From an uncultured Gemmatimonadales bacterium (GTDB taxonomy: Bacteria > Gemmatimonadota > Gemmatimonadetes > Gemmatimonadales > GWC2-71-9): a DNA stretch of 64,000 bases. The stretch lies in assembly GCA_963817435.1 (NCBI GenBank), contig CAWFNY010000003.1, positions 133,065 through 197,064 of the forward strand, given 5' to 3'. The position numbers and the translations under genes were made by a program. Each line of letters starts with the position of its first letter. Positions within the stretch are counted from its first letter, which is position 1. This document shows, piece after piece, positions 63,189-64,000 of the stretch. The notes beneath the pieces are model-generated. The model worked only from the letters and a program-made list of their open reading frames with translations. It was not told the DNA's origin and did not search any database.

Positions 63189-64000
63189 ATGAACGACGCC
63201 ATCAGATTCATGGCGGCAGCAGCACTGCTCGTTGCTCCGGTCTCCCGGCAGCAGACGGTGCGTCCATCGAGTCCCGATGCGGCGGCCGACAGCCTCCCGC
63301 GGGTGCACGCGAACGACAACCGCACACCCGCGGGACAGTTCCATGGCGACACGCTCGAGCTGCATCTCGAAGTGGGCACGGCCATCTGGTACCCCGAGGC
63401 CGACAGCGGTTCGTCGATCAGAGTCTCGGCATTCCGTGAAGCGGGTCACGAACCCCGGATCCCTGGCCCGCTGATCCGGGTCCCGACCGGCACGGTGATC
63501 GTCGCCTCGGTCAGAAACGGGCTGACCGATTCGACCATCGCGGTGCATGGCCTCCAGTCGCATCCCGGCACGACGAGCGACAGCCTGGTGCTGCATCCGG
63601 GCGACTCGACCACCGTCACCTTCACCGCTGGCGAACCGGGGACCTACCTCTACTACGCTCTCCCCGGGAAGCATTCCATCCTGCCGTTCGCGGACCAGGA
63701 GCGGGAAACGACATCGGGAGCCTTCATCGTGGATCCGGTGGGGGGCTCACCGCCCGACCGCATCCTGATGATGAATATCTGGGGCGATCTGGTCGACTCG
63801 ATCACCTACCGGAATGCGCTCACCATCAACGGCCGTTCGTGGCCCTACACCGAGCGGATGGAAGCCACGGTCGGCGACACCGTCCGCTGGCGGGTGATCA
63901 ACGGCTCCACGCGGCCGCACCCGATGCACCTGCACGGGTTCTACTTCCGGCTCGACCGCCGCGGGAACGGACTGACCGATTCGGCCCTCGCTCCCGGTGC
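63189..64000 (+). CDS. multicopper-oxidase-family protein, 5' part (runs off the window end)
   Basis: Not in the ORF track because there is no stop. ATG 63189 gives MNDAIRFMAAAALLVAPVSRQQ (signal-like). Cupredoxin pattern IRVPTGTVIVASVRNGL..., GTYLYYA, and the copper site RPHPMHLHGFYF at about aa 240. Open to base 64000. Confidence 0.6.
   Translation, partial: MNDAIRFMAAAALLVAPVSRQQTVRPSSPDAAADSLPRVHANDNRTPAGQFHGDTLELHLEVGTAIWYPEADSGSSIRVSAFREAGHEPRIPGPLIRVPTGTVIVASVRNGLTDSTIAVHGLQSHPGTTSDSLVLHPGDSTTVTFTAGEPGTYLYYALPGKHSILPFADQERETTSGAFIVDPVGGSPPDRILMMNIWGDLVDSITYRNALTINGRSWPYTERMEATVGDTVRWRVINGSTRPHPMHLHGFYFRLDRRGNGLTDSALAPG

Noticed and set aside
63189-64000. Possibility that the 3'-edge multicopper-oxidase gene continues into the 5'-edge fragment (circular 64-kb replicon).
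   Set aside because: 812 nt of open frame at the 3' edge would resume at base 2 of the window, but the 5' fragment is in the frame starting at base 1. The joined product would also lack the HCH copper site. These are two separate genes.

Overview
High-GC bacterial chromosomal window. Lineage is an inference only: the kinase N-terminal consensus and the NWF..ELK..R tails resemble Gemmatimonadota/Acidobacteriota proteins from memory. No rRNA, tRNA, CRISPR array, transposase or integrase was recognised. There are three blocks. (1) 0.3-14.7 kb holds exported peptidases/hydrolases (HEXXH metalloprotease, SxxK serine hydrolase, M1 aminopeptidase, M16 pair), a Gfo/Idh/MocA oxidoreductase, a MORN-repeat lipoprotein and a membrane PAS-GGDEF-EAL protein. 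(2) 14.8-23.5 kb is a deoxy-sugar-type block (NmrA, MFS transporter, GH29 fucosidase, DUF2911 gene, fused class II aldolase-SDR). It carries three apparent 1-nt frame disruptions and is followed by a translationally coupled BNR/Asp-box propeller plus a GG-terminated MoaD/ThiS-like ubiquitin-fold protein. (3) 23.5-63.2 kb, about 62 percent of the window, is the standout. It holds thirteen intact, same-strand, paralogous receptor-type Hanks Ser/Thr kinase genes (kinase head, one TM helix, then a 500-600 aa extracytoplasmic TolB/PD40-like propeller or TPR sensor). It also holds one detached propeller lipoprotein, one decayed kinase relic and one small SD-driven ORF. Only a TonB-like gene and an Ntn-type acylase interrupt the block. 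From 32.5 kb to the window end the genes are joined by 4-nt stop/start overlaps or gaps of at most 22 nt, apart from the decayed relic segment at 49.3-49.8 kb. Kinase heads fall into about 6 interleaved subfamilies. One pair shares a 336-nt tract with only 10 mismatches (hand alignment) while their sensor domains are unalignable by eye, which suggests gene conversion or module shuffling. Other sequence-level oddities are a recurrent in-frame G-TTA-GGC heptamer (11 of the 13 TTA codons I found), a 12-mer GCCTGCATCTTC present three times upstream of + strand genes, and multicopper-oxidase-like gene fragments at both window edges. All family calls come from visible motifs plus memory; no database search was run.
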